Assembly: GCA_051294375.1 (NCBI GenBank) | Contig: CM119271.1 | Coordinates: 15,444,770-15,508,769 of the forward strand | Length of the DNA stretch: 64,000 bases | Direction: 5' to 3' | Source of the DNA: Paraspadella gotoi | Lineage: Eukaryota > Animalia > Chaetognatha | Part shown: one piece after another, positions 52,016 through 64,000 of the stretch | How positions within the stretch are numbered: the stretch's first letter is position 1 | Layout of the letters: every line of letters begins with the position of its first letter | Notes under the pieces: model-generated | The model's database searches: none | Seen by the model: only the letters and a program-made list of their open reading frames with translations | Told to the model about the DNA's origin: nothing | Translations under genes and position numbers: made by a program

Positions 52016-53769
52016 AGTTACTTCAGTTATAGTACAATAAAAAATACTAAATAACGAAAAACGAGATGAAACAAACTTAACAACGGATTTATAAGATTAA
52101 TAATAAGACTCCTATCATTTGGCAACGTGATTTATACAGTTTTATTTCCATAATATGATTCATATGGGTTGATTTTTCGAAAATGTTGTGGGTCTTTTTC
52201 GAGCGGAATATGAATCACATATCACAAAAGTTCACCCAATGAGGCAATGACCCCAGCATGACCATTGCAGTGGGGTCATTGATTAGATAGGGCAAGTTAC
52301 CCTGGTCGTTTATAATGTATTTTTAAATATTTTTACATTTAGCTGATAGGAAATGATGTCAATATGTTGATGTAACATTTCAAATCAATCGAACCCCAGA
52401 CGCGTTGAAAAATAAGTCTACAAAAAATGGGTCATTTCCTATGCCCAATTTTTCATCTAATCTGCGTTCGTTAAATTTTCTTTTTGGTTCCACTTAAATT
52501 TTTAGCTTTCGGCGAGTGACTTAATTGGGTATTTAAAAAAAATTGATTTCTTTGATATCTTTTGACCAAAAATGATAGAACGATGAGACTGGTTATCATA
52601 TTAAAGCCATAATTATGGGTCATCTTTTCCATATAATTTTTCTGCAAATATTTCAAAACGGATTTTTTTAAAATCTGGATCGGAATCTTAGTCACAGATA
52701 ACAACTTTTTGAAAATTATAATTAAACACACTTTAACACATTTTAAAAAAAATAATAAATAATAGATCCTGAAGAGAAACCTTGAATTTGTTTCCTGATT
52801 ATAAATACAAAATTTTCTTACTTCAAATTTTATATAATTACTAAGGATATGAAATTATGTTTTGTTGAAAACAAAAAAAAATTAAAAATTTCATGTAGGA
52901 ACCTTAAAAAACATATGATTAAATATGAAAATTTAGGACGTTTCAAACTTTGTTCCGGCTGATTTAAAAAACTACTGACATAGGCTAAAAGACTATATTA
53001 TGCAGATTTTTTTAAATTTTTGTCATCTTGCAGGTGCAAAATTAAAACCTTTGCATAATGGCCCTTAGCTATATTGATATAACAATTTTTTAATTAAAAA
53101 AGCACTACAATCTTTTAATAACAACGCTAATTGCCATTAGCTGTATGGTAAACTTGTTGTTTTTATTTTTTATATTATAATACAAGGCTTTTACAATAAA
53201 GGGTAAATTGCAAAGAAAATGAGTTATTTCAAGGCTCCATATTGATACTATGATATCAATGCAATTTTCCCTTTGTTCCGGCAACGAAATTGGTTACCTA
53301 AAGACATTGTAGTTTTCATTATGCGTAATCTTTTATTTTTATATTTAAGGGCATGTTTGGCAAAACAGTAAGAAAAAAATGACAAGCAAATTTTGTGAAA
53401 AAAAATGGATTAATTGCTATTATTTCTTACTATGACGTCATTGATTTTTTTCCGTTATGTGCTGAAAATAGCTAAACCCCAACAGAATCGGAAATCAGTG
53501 CATGACCGCTTGTATATTTATTTGACTTATACAGTAAAAATACCGCAAAATAAAAAAAATTAAAAGAATTCAGACTAAGCGCCGTGTTTATTTTCATAAT
53601 TTTAGTCAAGACCTTTATGATTTTCTTTGTTCCGGCGGGCGTTGGATAGCCCAAACACTGCAGTTTTCAGAAATCATCCATGGTTTTGTAATATTTACTG
53701 CGCTACTGGTGCAAAAATTGCTAGGAACCAAAACTTCAAGAAACCGCTTCGTTCCTTTCGGATTTTTTT

Positions 53770-55212
53770 TTAAGCGCGGAGCGCCATCTCTCCATTGATC
53801 CCTTGGTCGTCTCTCCCGCATTCGAATCGACGAATTCAAGAATCTCTATTCCATTGCGAGGACAACCTCTTTGACGACACCAACGAAGGATCAGCGATGA
53901 ATTCTTTGGAAAAGGAAGCGATCGTCCTTTTTCGGTCGGGACATTGATGCTCGGGGGAATACCTGGAGAATGATAATTGGATATTGAGGGCGGAAGTGAA
54001 GGGGGATCGCGCGCTCTCTCTCTCTCTCTACCGCTAATTCCGTCTTTCCTCCTTTCCTTGACTTCAACGTCTAATGCGTCGTCCAGGTTGTTCCTTGACT
54101 TCCCGCTGACGCCTCATCGTTGATGTCGCCGAGAGATTGAGGGTTTCATGCCGACGAACGTGTTGGCAAAGGCGACGGGCCACCTCGCATGACTGAATAT
54201 CTCACAGGGAATTCCTTGTTAGATTTTATAACCCTCAACTTATTTAGCATAAGGTAACATCGAGATATTTCATAATTTTTTTTCGAAGAAGGCATTATGT
54301 CATGTTCCAATTAATTTAGATATCGTTTAGTTCTATTTATCAAGCTTTTGCTAGTTTAATAACCCCTGTAAAAAGGTTTCAATTTTAGTTAGGACAGTAT
54401 TTTTTCACAAGCAATAAATGTAAATTAGAGGGCATACCAATTAAATATAAAAAAAATGAAAAATTGTGATAATAATTTAGGATCTGTAATCTAAAGAAAA
54501 ATAACTTTAGTTAAATAAAAAAATTGTGATTAAGTATACCTATTATTATTTATATGAAATAAGACAAAAAAATTTCAAAACGAAAGTCAGTTATCAAAAA
54601 ATTACAAAAATACGGCAATATGCAAATAGATTTTCGGTGCAAATGATTATTTTTTAGAAAAAGAAAAAGTGTGGAGGTGGCTAACTTGATAAAGTCCCCA
54701 CTCCCCAGTCCTCGTCTTACTTGCCCGTCTCCGACACCGCCATCCCCGTCGGCCTTGTACCGTAGAACAGCGCCGAAGCGACCCATCCGCGCCGCCACGT
54801 TTTTGCCGACGGCGGCGTGGACGTAAGACGCAAGATGCTCGTCCTCGGCGGCGCGAAGGATGACCGAGCGGCGAAGAGTCATATTCTCGCCGAGATTCCC
54901 GACTCCTGCACGAGGGGATGGCGGAATATTAAAATTATATTAATCATATTTAATTTAACTAAAGAAACACAAACCGAGAGCGACGGCGTCCCGAATCGTC
55001 TTTCCGGCTTCGGCCGGCAAACTCGCGGTCTCATCGGCGTTAAGACGCAACGTCTCGCCACGTCCACATCCGGTTTCGGAGCGGGCGAGCACGCCGCTCG
55101 CGATTCCGTCCAACAGGTCGTGAAATTTCTCGTTGCGAGAAACGAAATCCGTTTCGCAGTTGAGTTCGATCATCGCGACGGCGGAAGGGGAATGGAGGAT
55201 GCCGATCAACCC
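53770..55212 (-). CDS. TSFM: Mitochondrial elongation factor Ts (central and C-terminal exons only)
   Basis: GLIGIL..AMIELNCETDFVSRNEKF, LGENMTLRRS, SYVH, GRFGAVL, (H)VGMKP and EILEFV(R)FECG. The N-terminal exons were not found and indels occur in the 3' exons. Confidence 0.85.
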
Positions 55213-55289
55213 CTATGAAAAAGGGAGAGAAATATAAGATATGAGAAATGATTTAAACTGTTGAAATATGTAAATGAAAAAAAAGAGAG

Positions 55290-55435
55290 AGATTAACTCT
55301 TTTTAAAATTCCTTCATTAAGATGGGTCAAAAATTAAGAAAAAGCTATATTTTTAAGCTGGAAAATTAACTTTTATATATTAAATATAGGTTTTTGTAAA
55401 TTTTTTAACCCACTTAATGAAAGAATTTTTTTAAA
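55290..55435. mobile_element. Small palindromic MITE-like element
   Basis: AAAATTCCTTCATTAAGATGGGTCAAAAATT..CTATATTT vs AAATATAG..AATTTTTTAACCCACTTAATGAAAGAATTTT (imperfect inverted repeat). Confidence 0.5.
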
Positions 55436-55711
55436 ATAATTTAGATTTTCTTTTATCACTTTTGACAGAGGAATTCAAAATCTGCAATCAAAAATTAAGA
55501 AAGCCTATTTGAAAATTTTTTCGATTTTTATAAGGATATCGTACTATATTAAAAAATATATGCCTACTGCGAAAATTAAAAAACAAAAATTTAATTTTTT
55601 TACAAAATTAATGTTACTGGATGGTAATGCTGTTTCATAATTGACTTTAGAATTTTCGTACATAATTTTCACTACGCTTACTACGTAGTCTTTTTAATTA
55701 ATATTTAATTA

Positions 55712-58700
55712 ATGAAACAGCGAGGTAAAAAACTATATGAATTTAACAATGCTATGTTGAAAATTTTGTAGAATATAATGACTTAATTGGGGTCAAGAAA
55801 CCGGAATTCCTAACTCTTTACTAATTCGCCCTCCATCCCCCAGCGCACGCTATCTCTTTGGCCTTATCCCCCAGCGACGCAGCGACTCTTCGCCGCCCTG
55901 GCGGGGAATTTCGGCTTCGACGAGAAATCACTGGCCAAAACGCGCGGCGACGATGGCCCAGCATTTGGCCGATTTCGTCTCGGAGATGGCCAAAGAGGAA
56001 GAGATCATGGGTCGCCAAGACCAAGAAGAACGTACAAGAGGTAATTTAATACGGAAATTAATTTAACTTAAATTACTGAAATCTAAAGTTTTCGATGAGG
56101 ATGAAGTCTTTGAACCAAAGGTTCGGGTTTCTTGCCCGGTGAATCGCCTAGCAGTTAAGAGGGACGGGCGCTTAAAACCCGCTGTAACACGGTGTTACAG
56201 GCCTGATCCGAAGCTGAGGGACTGCTTAGTAGAGTGGAGCACTCAAGAACAAAAAAATTAATTTGAATGATCGACAATGATATTTAGATGTGAGATAGTA
56301 TGATTAAACTAGTACATTAAAAATATTTTGTTCATATTATCTCGGGAACAGAATAGTAAAATATAATATATTTGTAGTAATATCCTTATAAAATAGTAAA
56401 TTTTTAAAAATAATTTTTATAAAAACTTTTAATAAAGATTCAGATTCTTCAAAAAAAGTTGAATCAAAAATATATAAAACATGTTATCAAAAATTCTGTC
56501 ATCTTCAATGTTTAAAATAAGAAAAAAGGTGAAAATTCATGGACTTTTTTATTCTCTGTAGTAGAAACTTATATATATGTTAAAAACGTTTAGTCATTTT
56601 GTTGTGATTCTAAAACAATTAAAATATCATATAACATATTTTATAAAGTTTCTTAGTTTTTTACAGCGAATCCAAATCATTTCTTAAAAAATAAAAAAAA
56701 AATTATTTTTAAAATTTGACGATTTTATAAGGGATATTTAACTACATAAATAATTGAATTTGCCTATACTGTTATGCTAAAAAAATTTTTAAAAGGATTT
56801 AAAATTCATTAATTTAAAATAATGTTCAATCCACTCAATCTTTTCATCACTCCACCCTACTGCTTAGTGCTTACATTGAACGAGTTCTGTCCACTAACTC
56901 ATAACAATTATTACTGTATCTTCACGGTAAACACTTTGTATTATTGCTATCAATTTGTTAATGATCTTACTGTAAATGAAACTTTATTCAAATTAATGTG
57001 AGGTCGTAGATAATCGATCCAATTTTTTTCGGTGTGTTGAAAATAAAAAAAATGAAGAAGGCAGTGGAGGACGACGATTACGCTCGGGCTTTAATATTCT
57101 TGGGTGAAGATGGTCATTAAGAGTCGCCAAGAATTTTATTAAAACACACTATGCAAATGAGATTAAGGGACACACATTTTAACCTGCTACAAGATTTAAA
57201 TATGTATTATGGTTAGTAAATTAGTATATTGGTATTTTTATATGATGGAGACGGAATCGTGACATATATTATACTTGCCGCTATTCCCAGTTTAAAAACC
57301 AAATCACGACGATGAGCTCCGAGCTTGGAATGACTCCTCGGATGGCCACCCGACGAAGCCTCAAGTCTTTCAACTCAAAAATCTCCTTCCCGTCGAAGTC
57401 AAGAGGCTAAAGGAGGAGGAAAGAATCGCAGGTTTTAACCATTTTTTATATAATTATTATAAATTCATTTATTCATATAAATTCAATTCATTCATTTTAG
57501 ATAGAGGCTTTTTTACCCACTCCAAATTCGGGCAACATAGCCTTATTTAATATTATTAATGACTGGATAATTTCTATATTTGGTTATACCGATTAATTGA
57601 TTTAATTCCTTTCTTTTCTTTTATATAAGGTTAGAAAGGCAATGGTCTTTACTCGGTCAAGAGTCTTCCCTTCTCCATCGCCTCGGTCTTCCTCCTCGAC
57701 GCGACGAAGACTCTCGACGAGTCGAGTTTAGTTCCGACGCCGAAGGAACTCGGAGATTGGAGGAGAGAGTTGGGGAGTTGAAAGAGCGGGTCGAGAAATA
57801 GAGAGGTGAGTCGAGTAATGGTCGAGTGGCGGGTCAATAGTCGAGTGGCCGGTCAATAGTCGAGTGGCGGGTCGGTAGTTTTGCGGCTATAGAAAGATAA
57901 ATCTTCACAATTTTCCCACCAATATTAACTTAAATGACAATTACCTTTTTCTGACAAAAGACTCGTTGAAACGTCACGCCGAAAAATCTTGGGATATTCT
58001 GGCGGAGGTGGGCTTCCCTTCCCGGCGCCTTTCCCGCCAAAACTTCCTGACGAGGAGTCGGCCCCGCCGATGAAAACTTGGCTTTGCTGCTCAACGAAGA
58101 CAAAAAGGCCGTGAGTCTGGCCGATGAAGTTTTAGAACAAACTTGAACGCTACATCGATCGTGAGTAGATCCGACGAGCCTTTGCCTTTGCCTTTGCCTT
58201 TGCCATATTTTTTAAAGAACGCCTAATTTATATTTTAATTTCGGAATTAAATTTTGTTATTTAAAAATTAAATTTAAGATTGAGAATTAGGTAAGCATTG
58301 TGGTTAAAAATTAGGTTACTGATTCACTGATTATGGTTTGGGAATTGGGTTATGGTTAGTAATAAATTGAGGTTAAAATCCTTAAAAATTTAGTTTTTAG
58401 ATAAGGAACGGAAAATCTGGTAATTTTTGAAAAGAGATCCCGATTCTTTGATCGTCAGTTATCATCACTCATTCTGACATTTCTCTTTCCCCTCACCGTC
58501 AGACCTGGAATCCGTCCGTCATGCGCGGCGTAAGCACGATATCCAGACTCGATCGACGCCTGCAAGATTTGTGGCGCGCTGGGTCGAGACGAGGAAGAGT
58601 TGACGACCTTTTTGACTGAAACCGCGGATGCAGGGACGCCGTCATCTTTAACTATAGGAATCAGGTTTTACTATTTACATATAATAATGATATCGTTAGT

Positions 58701-60837
58701 GTTAAATAATTTTTTAATTTCATATCATAAGGTGGAGAATCTGGAGAAGAGCGACTCGCGAATCTTGATCGTTTCACGGTTCCAAAATTCGCGACGACAT
58801 CCGAGATCATTGGATCAAGTGTTACTTGAACGAAGAACAGAACGAGTTTCATCAAATTCACGATCTCAACATCACAGTGGCAAAGTTTTATAAGTATGTT
58901 TAACACTTTGTTTAACACTTTGTTTAACACTTTGTTTTTATGATTAATTTATTATGAGCATCATGTGAATTCCATTCAGTTTTTTTTCGAATAAGTAAAC
59001 AAGCAAAGGGAGGAAATAAGAGCGATTTTGAACCGAAGCCTACTTTTCACCTCCAGAATCTCTGCTTGACGCCCACGAGACGGAAATGGCGCGACTTCCG
59101 CTCTTACTACGACCAACGCCTTCCCCTTTTCGTGGCCCTCGAAGGCTGGGACCACCTTTGGGAACAGTTCATCGAGTTCGATCGAAGAGCCAACGATCCC
59201 AACCGCTTCCCAGGCGGCGAGCCGGGCTTTTACAGGCAAGATTACGCGGGTATTAAACGTGGTAACCTCTAAACTCAATTGCCATCGAGTTCTCAATTTC
59301 ATTTGCAATATTATCTTATTTAAGATTCTTTGTTGTACATTTGTGGGCTCGAGTTACTTCTGCTCATCATATTTAAATACGCTGATAAGTGCTATTTTTC
59401 TATTCATTTGATATTTAGATACACTGAATGTACGATCGTTTTATTTCCCAGGAGGAAAAAGAGAGAAAAAAGTTTTCTCTCAAATTTCCCAAAATGGAGA
59501 AAGAGTTGGAGGAAGAGATTTCGCGCTGGGAGGAAGAGAACGGAGAAAAGTTTCTCATTTTAGGCGGGAATTTTCGAGAATTTGTTGAGATTAGAAGAAA
59601 GAGTGGGAGATTCGAAAGGAACAGGTTGGTGGATACCGAATCTCTCTCTCTCTCTCTCTATTTCAAATTATTATAAATTTATTCAATATTCGTCTATTCA
59701 TCCAGGAGAAACAGGAGCGGGTCCGCCAGCGAGGGAACCAAAGGCGATGTGAACTCATGGAGGCAAATCGAAAGCAAGAGACGCCGACGAAGCGGCGAAT
59801 GGGACCGAAAAGTCCAAAGGTTCTCAGGTTAGTAAACAAAGTAGAGCGAATCATTTATTAAGAGTCACTGCTCCGTCTCGACTCCAATTAAGTCAGCATC
59901 GCCTTTTGTATCTTTCCTCCCTTTCTTGAACTGTTCATAGACGCGACTTCACTCCAGTCGAGGTAGAATGATTATTTGAAACTGAAGTTGCCTATTTTTA
60001 ACCCTCGAGCTTCTTTGCCAGTCCGCCTTTTTTGCGGTGTTTTTTTTTTTTTTTTTATCAGACTCCATAGTATTGTTTAATGAAAGAGTTTTTTTGGTTA
60101 TTAATTTCGTAAATTAACGCATTTCTTGTCAAATTGTTTTTCAGTGCGACAACAAAATAAACGGGCGAAGGCGGACGACTTAAAGATCCCTCGATCGGCC
60201 ACATTCACCCGGAGTCCCGGTCGAGCAAATTCCAACCTTCAACTCATCAACGTCGATCTCCCTTCGCCTCCTCTCCGGCCGCCACGCCCAACGACCCGCC
60301 GACGCGGCTTCTGCCGACGACTCCGGCGGCGGAAGCGGCGGCAAAAGAAGATGAAGCCGCCGCCGACGCCGGGTCATCGAAGAATTCTGTCGGCGGCTAA
60401 CAGCGACGACGCCATTAACGGAACTACGCGTTTCTTACGAAGTGGTGATGAATTTTACTATTGAATTAATTATTAAATAATTTAAATTATAGTAAGTTCG
60501 GCTGCTTGCAAGGATTTTTAGTTGTGTAATAATTTTTGAGCCTTTTGTTTCAATTTATGTTCCTAAAAATAATTGTTAAGAGATAACCGTATCCAATATC
60601 CATAACACTGCGATATGGAAATGAGATTAAACCGCTAATATATTTAATTTCAGTGTTTTCAGCGACGGCGTCCGACCGGAGCACCGATCTTCGTCATTGA
60701 CGGACTTGAGAAACCCCGCCGGCCTCCGGTGCCGCGACGCCAATACTCCACGACGCCGCCGCCGTCACCGCCCCTCTCGTTCCTTTCGGCGCTGCTTTTA
60801 ACGAGTCCAACTTTTAATTTCTCCGCCTTCATTTCTT
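55712..60837 (+). CDS. PRC1: Protein regulator of cytokinesis 1 (PRC1/MAP65/Ase1)
   Basis: Exons include ..FVSEMAKEEE.., YYDQRLPLFVALEGWDHLWEQFIEFDRRANDPNRF and EEKERKKFSLKFPKMEKELEEEISRWEEENGEKFLILGGNFREFV, followed by a basic S/T-P-rich tail. A candidate micro first exon ATGAAACAGCGAG|GT lies at 55712. Both ends are approximate and many indels are present. Confidence 0.8.
56105..56900 (+). mobile_element. tRNA-derived SINE (same family as 14883-15063) split by an insertion
   Basis: The body at 56105-56229 and the tail at 56860-56900 (CTGCTTAGTGCTTACATTGAACGAGTTCTGTC) both match the 14.9 kb copy. Confidence 0.7.
56230..56859. mobile_element. Non-autonomous hAT-type DNA transposon (630 bp)
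   Basis: Termini TAGAGTGGAG...CTCCACCCTA (imperfect TIR) with an exact 8-bp target-site duplication CTGCTTAG at 56222-56229 and 56860-56867. Confidence 0.8.
57821..57878. repeat. 19-bp tandem repeat x3 at the start of a PRC1 intron
   Basis: Units GTCGAGTGGC(G/C)GGTCAATA. Confidence 0.8.
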
Positions 60838-61867
60838 TTTTCTTTCTTCTTCTCGGCCACGCCACTCGCCCACTCGCCCACTCGCCCACTCAAGTCTTCC
60901 TCCTTCCGCTTTTGCTCACTTCGAAAAATAAAAATCGTTCGAATCTTCATTAGATTAAATTAATTAATAAAAAATGCAAAAATTGCGATATCGTGTTGAT
61001 TTCCCCTTTTCTCAGGGGATGTGATTGTAAAGAAAAAGCCATTCATCGATTTAAACGAGTAATCATTACATCCGGGGATTATGTGGGAGATCGGCGATGG
61101 ATTCATTTTCGTAGTCTTAGCTCGTTGCTCGACTCTTATATTATAAGCTAAGTAATTATTATCTTCGCGCACCTTATTAGTTATCTTATAATAATAATCA
61201 TATTTTAGGAATTATCGAAAGCTTAAGCGACTCTTTTCTCGCTAGGAACCCTTGCTTGTTCTCAATAATTGCAAGCTCGGGCTTGTCTATCGTCGCCGCA
61301 AATTTTTAAAAAAAGTTTGACGTCTATATCTTTGCAAAGACTTTGTGATCATTTGGGGAAAATTGTCTCCCGTCCAGTCAAAAGTTAATATCATCTTGTC
61401 GAGTGGCTTAACTCGGAAAATTTGTATAACGTTGTGGCAGAAATTATTTATTGTACTTTACAATGCTTTGTTCAAAGCTAATCCGTGCCAGAATATCTTC
61501 TTCTTTTTTCTTTATTTAAATCGAGACTGGTCACGATTTTAACAATATCGTATTCAATTTGCGAGGTTTTGGTTTTTTTGGTTTTTTTTTTTGTATTTCG
61601 CACTGTGACATTACTCATATTTTTTCGTTTCGATATTTATTTATTTTTTTATTTTCGGGTAATTATGATTTAATTGCGTCGATTTTGTGATTTAGTTGAA
61701 CAATAGAATAAAGAATATTCGTTTAATTTGCTTTTTTCTTTTGTACTATTTAATCCGTGCATCGTTTTGAATGTTTTTCTTTTTTTTTAATAATTAGGGC
61801 AAAAAAAAACAAAACAAAACAAAAAAACACCTTTTTATGTACATAAGATTTAAAACTTTTTAAAAAA

Positions 61868-63000
61868 ATGAATCTGTTAACGAAAGGAATCTTTGTCTGT
61901 CTCGTCGTCGTCGTCCTTCGATTCCACGTCGCGTCTTCCCTTTATTGCGTTCAATGTAATTCGAGGTAAGAATCATATTTCACCCTTTGCACTTTTTTTC
62001 CTTTTTTCTCATCTTTCATTTTTTTTCCTTCCCTTCGCTTTTCAATTTTTTACTATTTCTTACTATTTGTTACAACCAATATGAAATTATCCATTCATTT
62101 AAATAATAAGCCATCTTGCCCCTGACTTAGGACCGGCTATGAAATGACCTATCCCTAAGTATCTAAGTTCTCTCCTCCCCCCCTCTCTCCTGGCAGCGTG
62201 GACCCTCTCTGCACAGAGTTCTACACTTACCACGATCCTCCGGCGGCGACCAAATGCGAGACCATCTACGACGCCAAGTATGCGTCAAGACGACGGGCGT
62301 CTTCGGAGGAAAAGTCGGCACGCAGCGATTCTGTTCCTCGCGCGATCTCTTCAACAAATGCACTGTGAGTCATCCCTTGAGGCTGAATGGGGGGGGGCTG
62401 GTTGTATTTGTTTTCCTTTGTTTTGAGTTCGGTTTTTATCGTCGCAATCTTTTGCCCTTTTTTTGTTTTTATTGTATTACGAAGACATAAAAATATAAGA
62501 AATAAGAAGATTAGTTTTAATGAATCAAATTTCTGACGTTTAGCTTTGCTGTGAAGTATTTTATTATAAAAAAATAAAAAATAAGGGATAGCCCGATTTT
62601 TATAACATTTATACCAAATTCATATTTTATTAAATTTTAATTTTCTTTTAAAGTTTTGTAAAAAGGCTGAGTGCTTGTTTTTTTTTGGGGGGGGTTGGTT
62701 AGTTGTTTGGTTTTGTTTTGTGTTTCGTTTTTGATTTTATGGTTCGTTTTCTATTTCCATTTTTGTTTCGTTTTCTTTCCTGTTTCTTCGTATTTGCATT
62801 CAATTTCTCTCATTTTCCAAAAAGGATATCGGCTTCGCGGACCACGAGCGCATCTACCGCGCCTGCACCTACACCTGTCACGACGTCGACGGGTGCAACG
62901 GCGCCGAATCTCTCGGCGGCCGAAGCCTCAAAACCGGCGCCGTTTTCTTCGCCGGTCGCCGGCGTCGTTCGCTTTTTTGTGGAATTTTTGGAGAGGATGA
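61868..63000 (+). CDS. Secreted/GPI-anchored Ly6/uPAR three-finger protein
   Basis: Exons 61868-61965 (signal peptide + LYCVQCNS), 62197-62364 (C..CETIYDAK.CVKTTGVFGGKVGTQRFCSSRDLFNKC, one indel) and 62825-63000 (HERIYRACTYTCHDVDGCN + hydrophobic tail). Confidence 0.8.
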
Positions 63001-64000
63001 AGCGACGGGGGGATTTGATATCGAAGGAGCATAACAAGCAAACAGAACTTAATTGATGGATTGATCGATTGATCGATCAAATCCATTTTGCCATTCATCG
63101 AAAGCCGCTTATTTCTCGGAAATGAAATCTATTGTAAAAATCATGATCTGTAAACAACGAAAACAAAATCTCGACTACTTATTTTTAAACGTTTTTTTTC
63201 TTTCAATTTTTCACGCTTGTACATTCCGACTTATTTCTTTGGAATTTTTGTATTATCCCCGATTTCGTATTATGTCGTTCTGGAATATAGAATACCCGAA
63301 TATGTTTTCTCCGATGGTTAATTTTTGAAAAGTCAGTTCGTTGATGTTAAGTATTTTACTAGTTGCGTTATACAATTTTGAATATATATATACATTGATC
63401 ATTGTAAATCCGTCCTTTGTGCCTTGGTGATTTGGTCGTTACTTAAAGGTGTACAATTTACATGCTTACATTTTCCACTTTATATTTACACACTTTCTCT
63501 CTGCCTTGTAAGAATCCTCCAGTAATAAAAGAATATCGTAGATAACTATTGGTTTTTTTTTCTTTCACAAGCTGCTTAGTCTTAACGTGAACTCTTTCTT
63601 TCCGTTTATAGTTGGACGAAGCGATAAGAAAAAAGAAAAGAATAAACTCTTACCCGATGATTCAGGTTGAACGAGAAAATAACGACCAAGTAAAGTGAAC
63701 ATCAAAAAATGTTTTAATTCTTTTTTGATTTGAAAGTTTTCAGTGGTTTATTTGCTTTGATATAAGTTAGCAAAGTCAAATACGAGGGAGTCTAGATTAT
63801 AATCGTCTACTACTGCGAGAAGCGCTGGTGTCTTGGTGGCTCGAAAAAGTCAAGAATTAGTAGACTGTGGCGGGTTAAAAATTAAGGAAGAATTGAGAGC
63901 TGCTTAGTGCTTACTGCTTTGCCCTTTGAACCCCCTAACAAAGAAAGAATGGAGAGACTTGACCGATGTTTTTTTTTTTTTTTGCTGCTATAACAATCGA

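Noticed and set aside
51385-52040. Several 130-214 aa low-complexity ORFs
   Set aside because: They are translations of a stop-poor purine/pyrimidine minisatellite in a TOMM22 intron.
46480-63000. Frameshifts in NUP153, TOMM22, TSFM, PRC1 and the Ly6 gene (also PIGG) as pseudogenisation, RNA editing or programmed frameshifting
   Set aside because: Scattered 1-bp indels across many unrelated, mostly essential genes with otherwise conserved motifs are best explained by long-read consensus error.

Overview
This is AT-rich animal (invertebrate) genomic DNA with GC-rich exons and mostly short GT-AG introns, not a prokaryotic window, so most ORF-track entries are single exons or spurious. 1-17 kb is repeat-rich and looks unreliably assembled: a long terminal-inverted-repeat element, a 2.4 kb LTR element with no detectable pol, tRNA-derived SINEs, and a multi-pass membrane protein locus present as noisy direct and inverted copies around three gaps of exactly 25 N. 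18.9-55.2 kb is a run of ten co-oriented minus-strand genes. In transcription order these are TSFM (5' end missing), TOMM22, NUP153, an hnRNP A/B/D (squid-like) gene, CLP1, PIGG, a divergent MADS-like gene and three tandem SRSF4/5/6 (B52-like) paralogs. Stop-to-ATG spacers are mostly 0.2-1.05 kb and carry apparently unpaired 3' splice acceptors, which suggests an SL trans-spliced operon (inference). One SR paralog hosts an antisense nested EamA/SLC35 gene, whose intron holds a solo-LTR-like element. Intron 1 of each SR paralog holds candidate poison-exon signals, and in one paralog these are coupled to a competing RNA-pairing motif. 55.7-63 kb holds PRC1 and a Ly6/three-finger GPI protein on the plus strand. 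Several conserved genes carry single-base indels that are most likely sequencing error. All coordinates and translations were read by eye; no database search was run.
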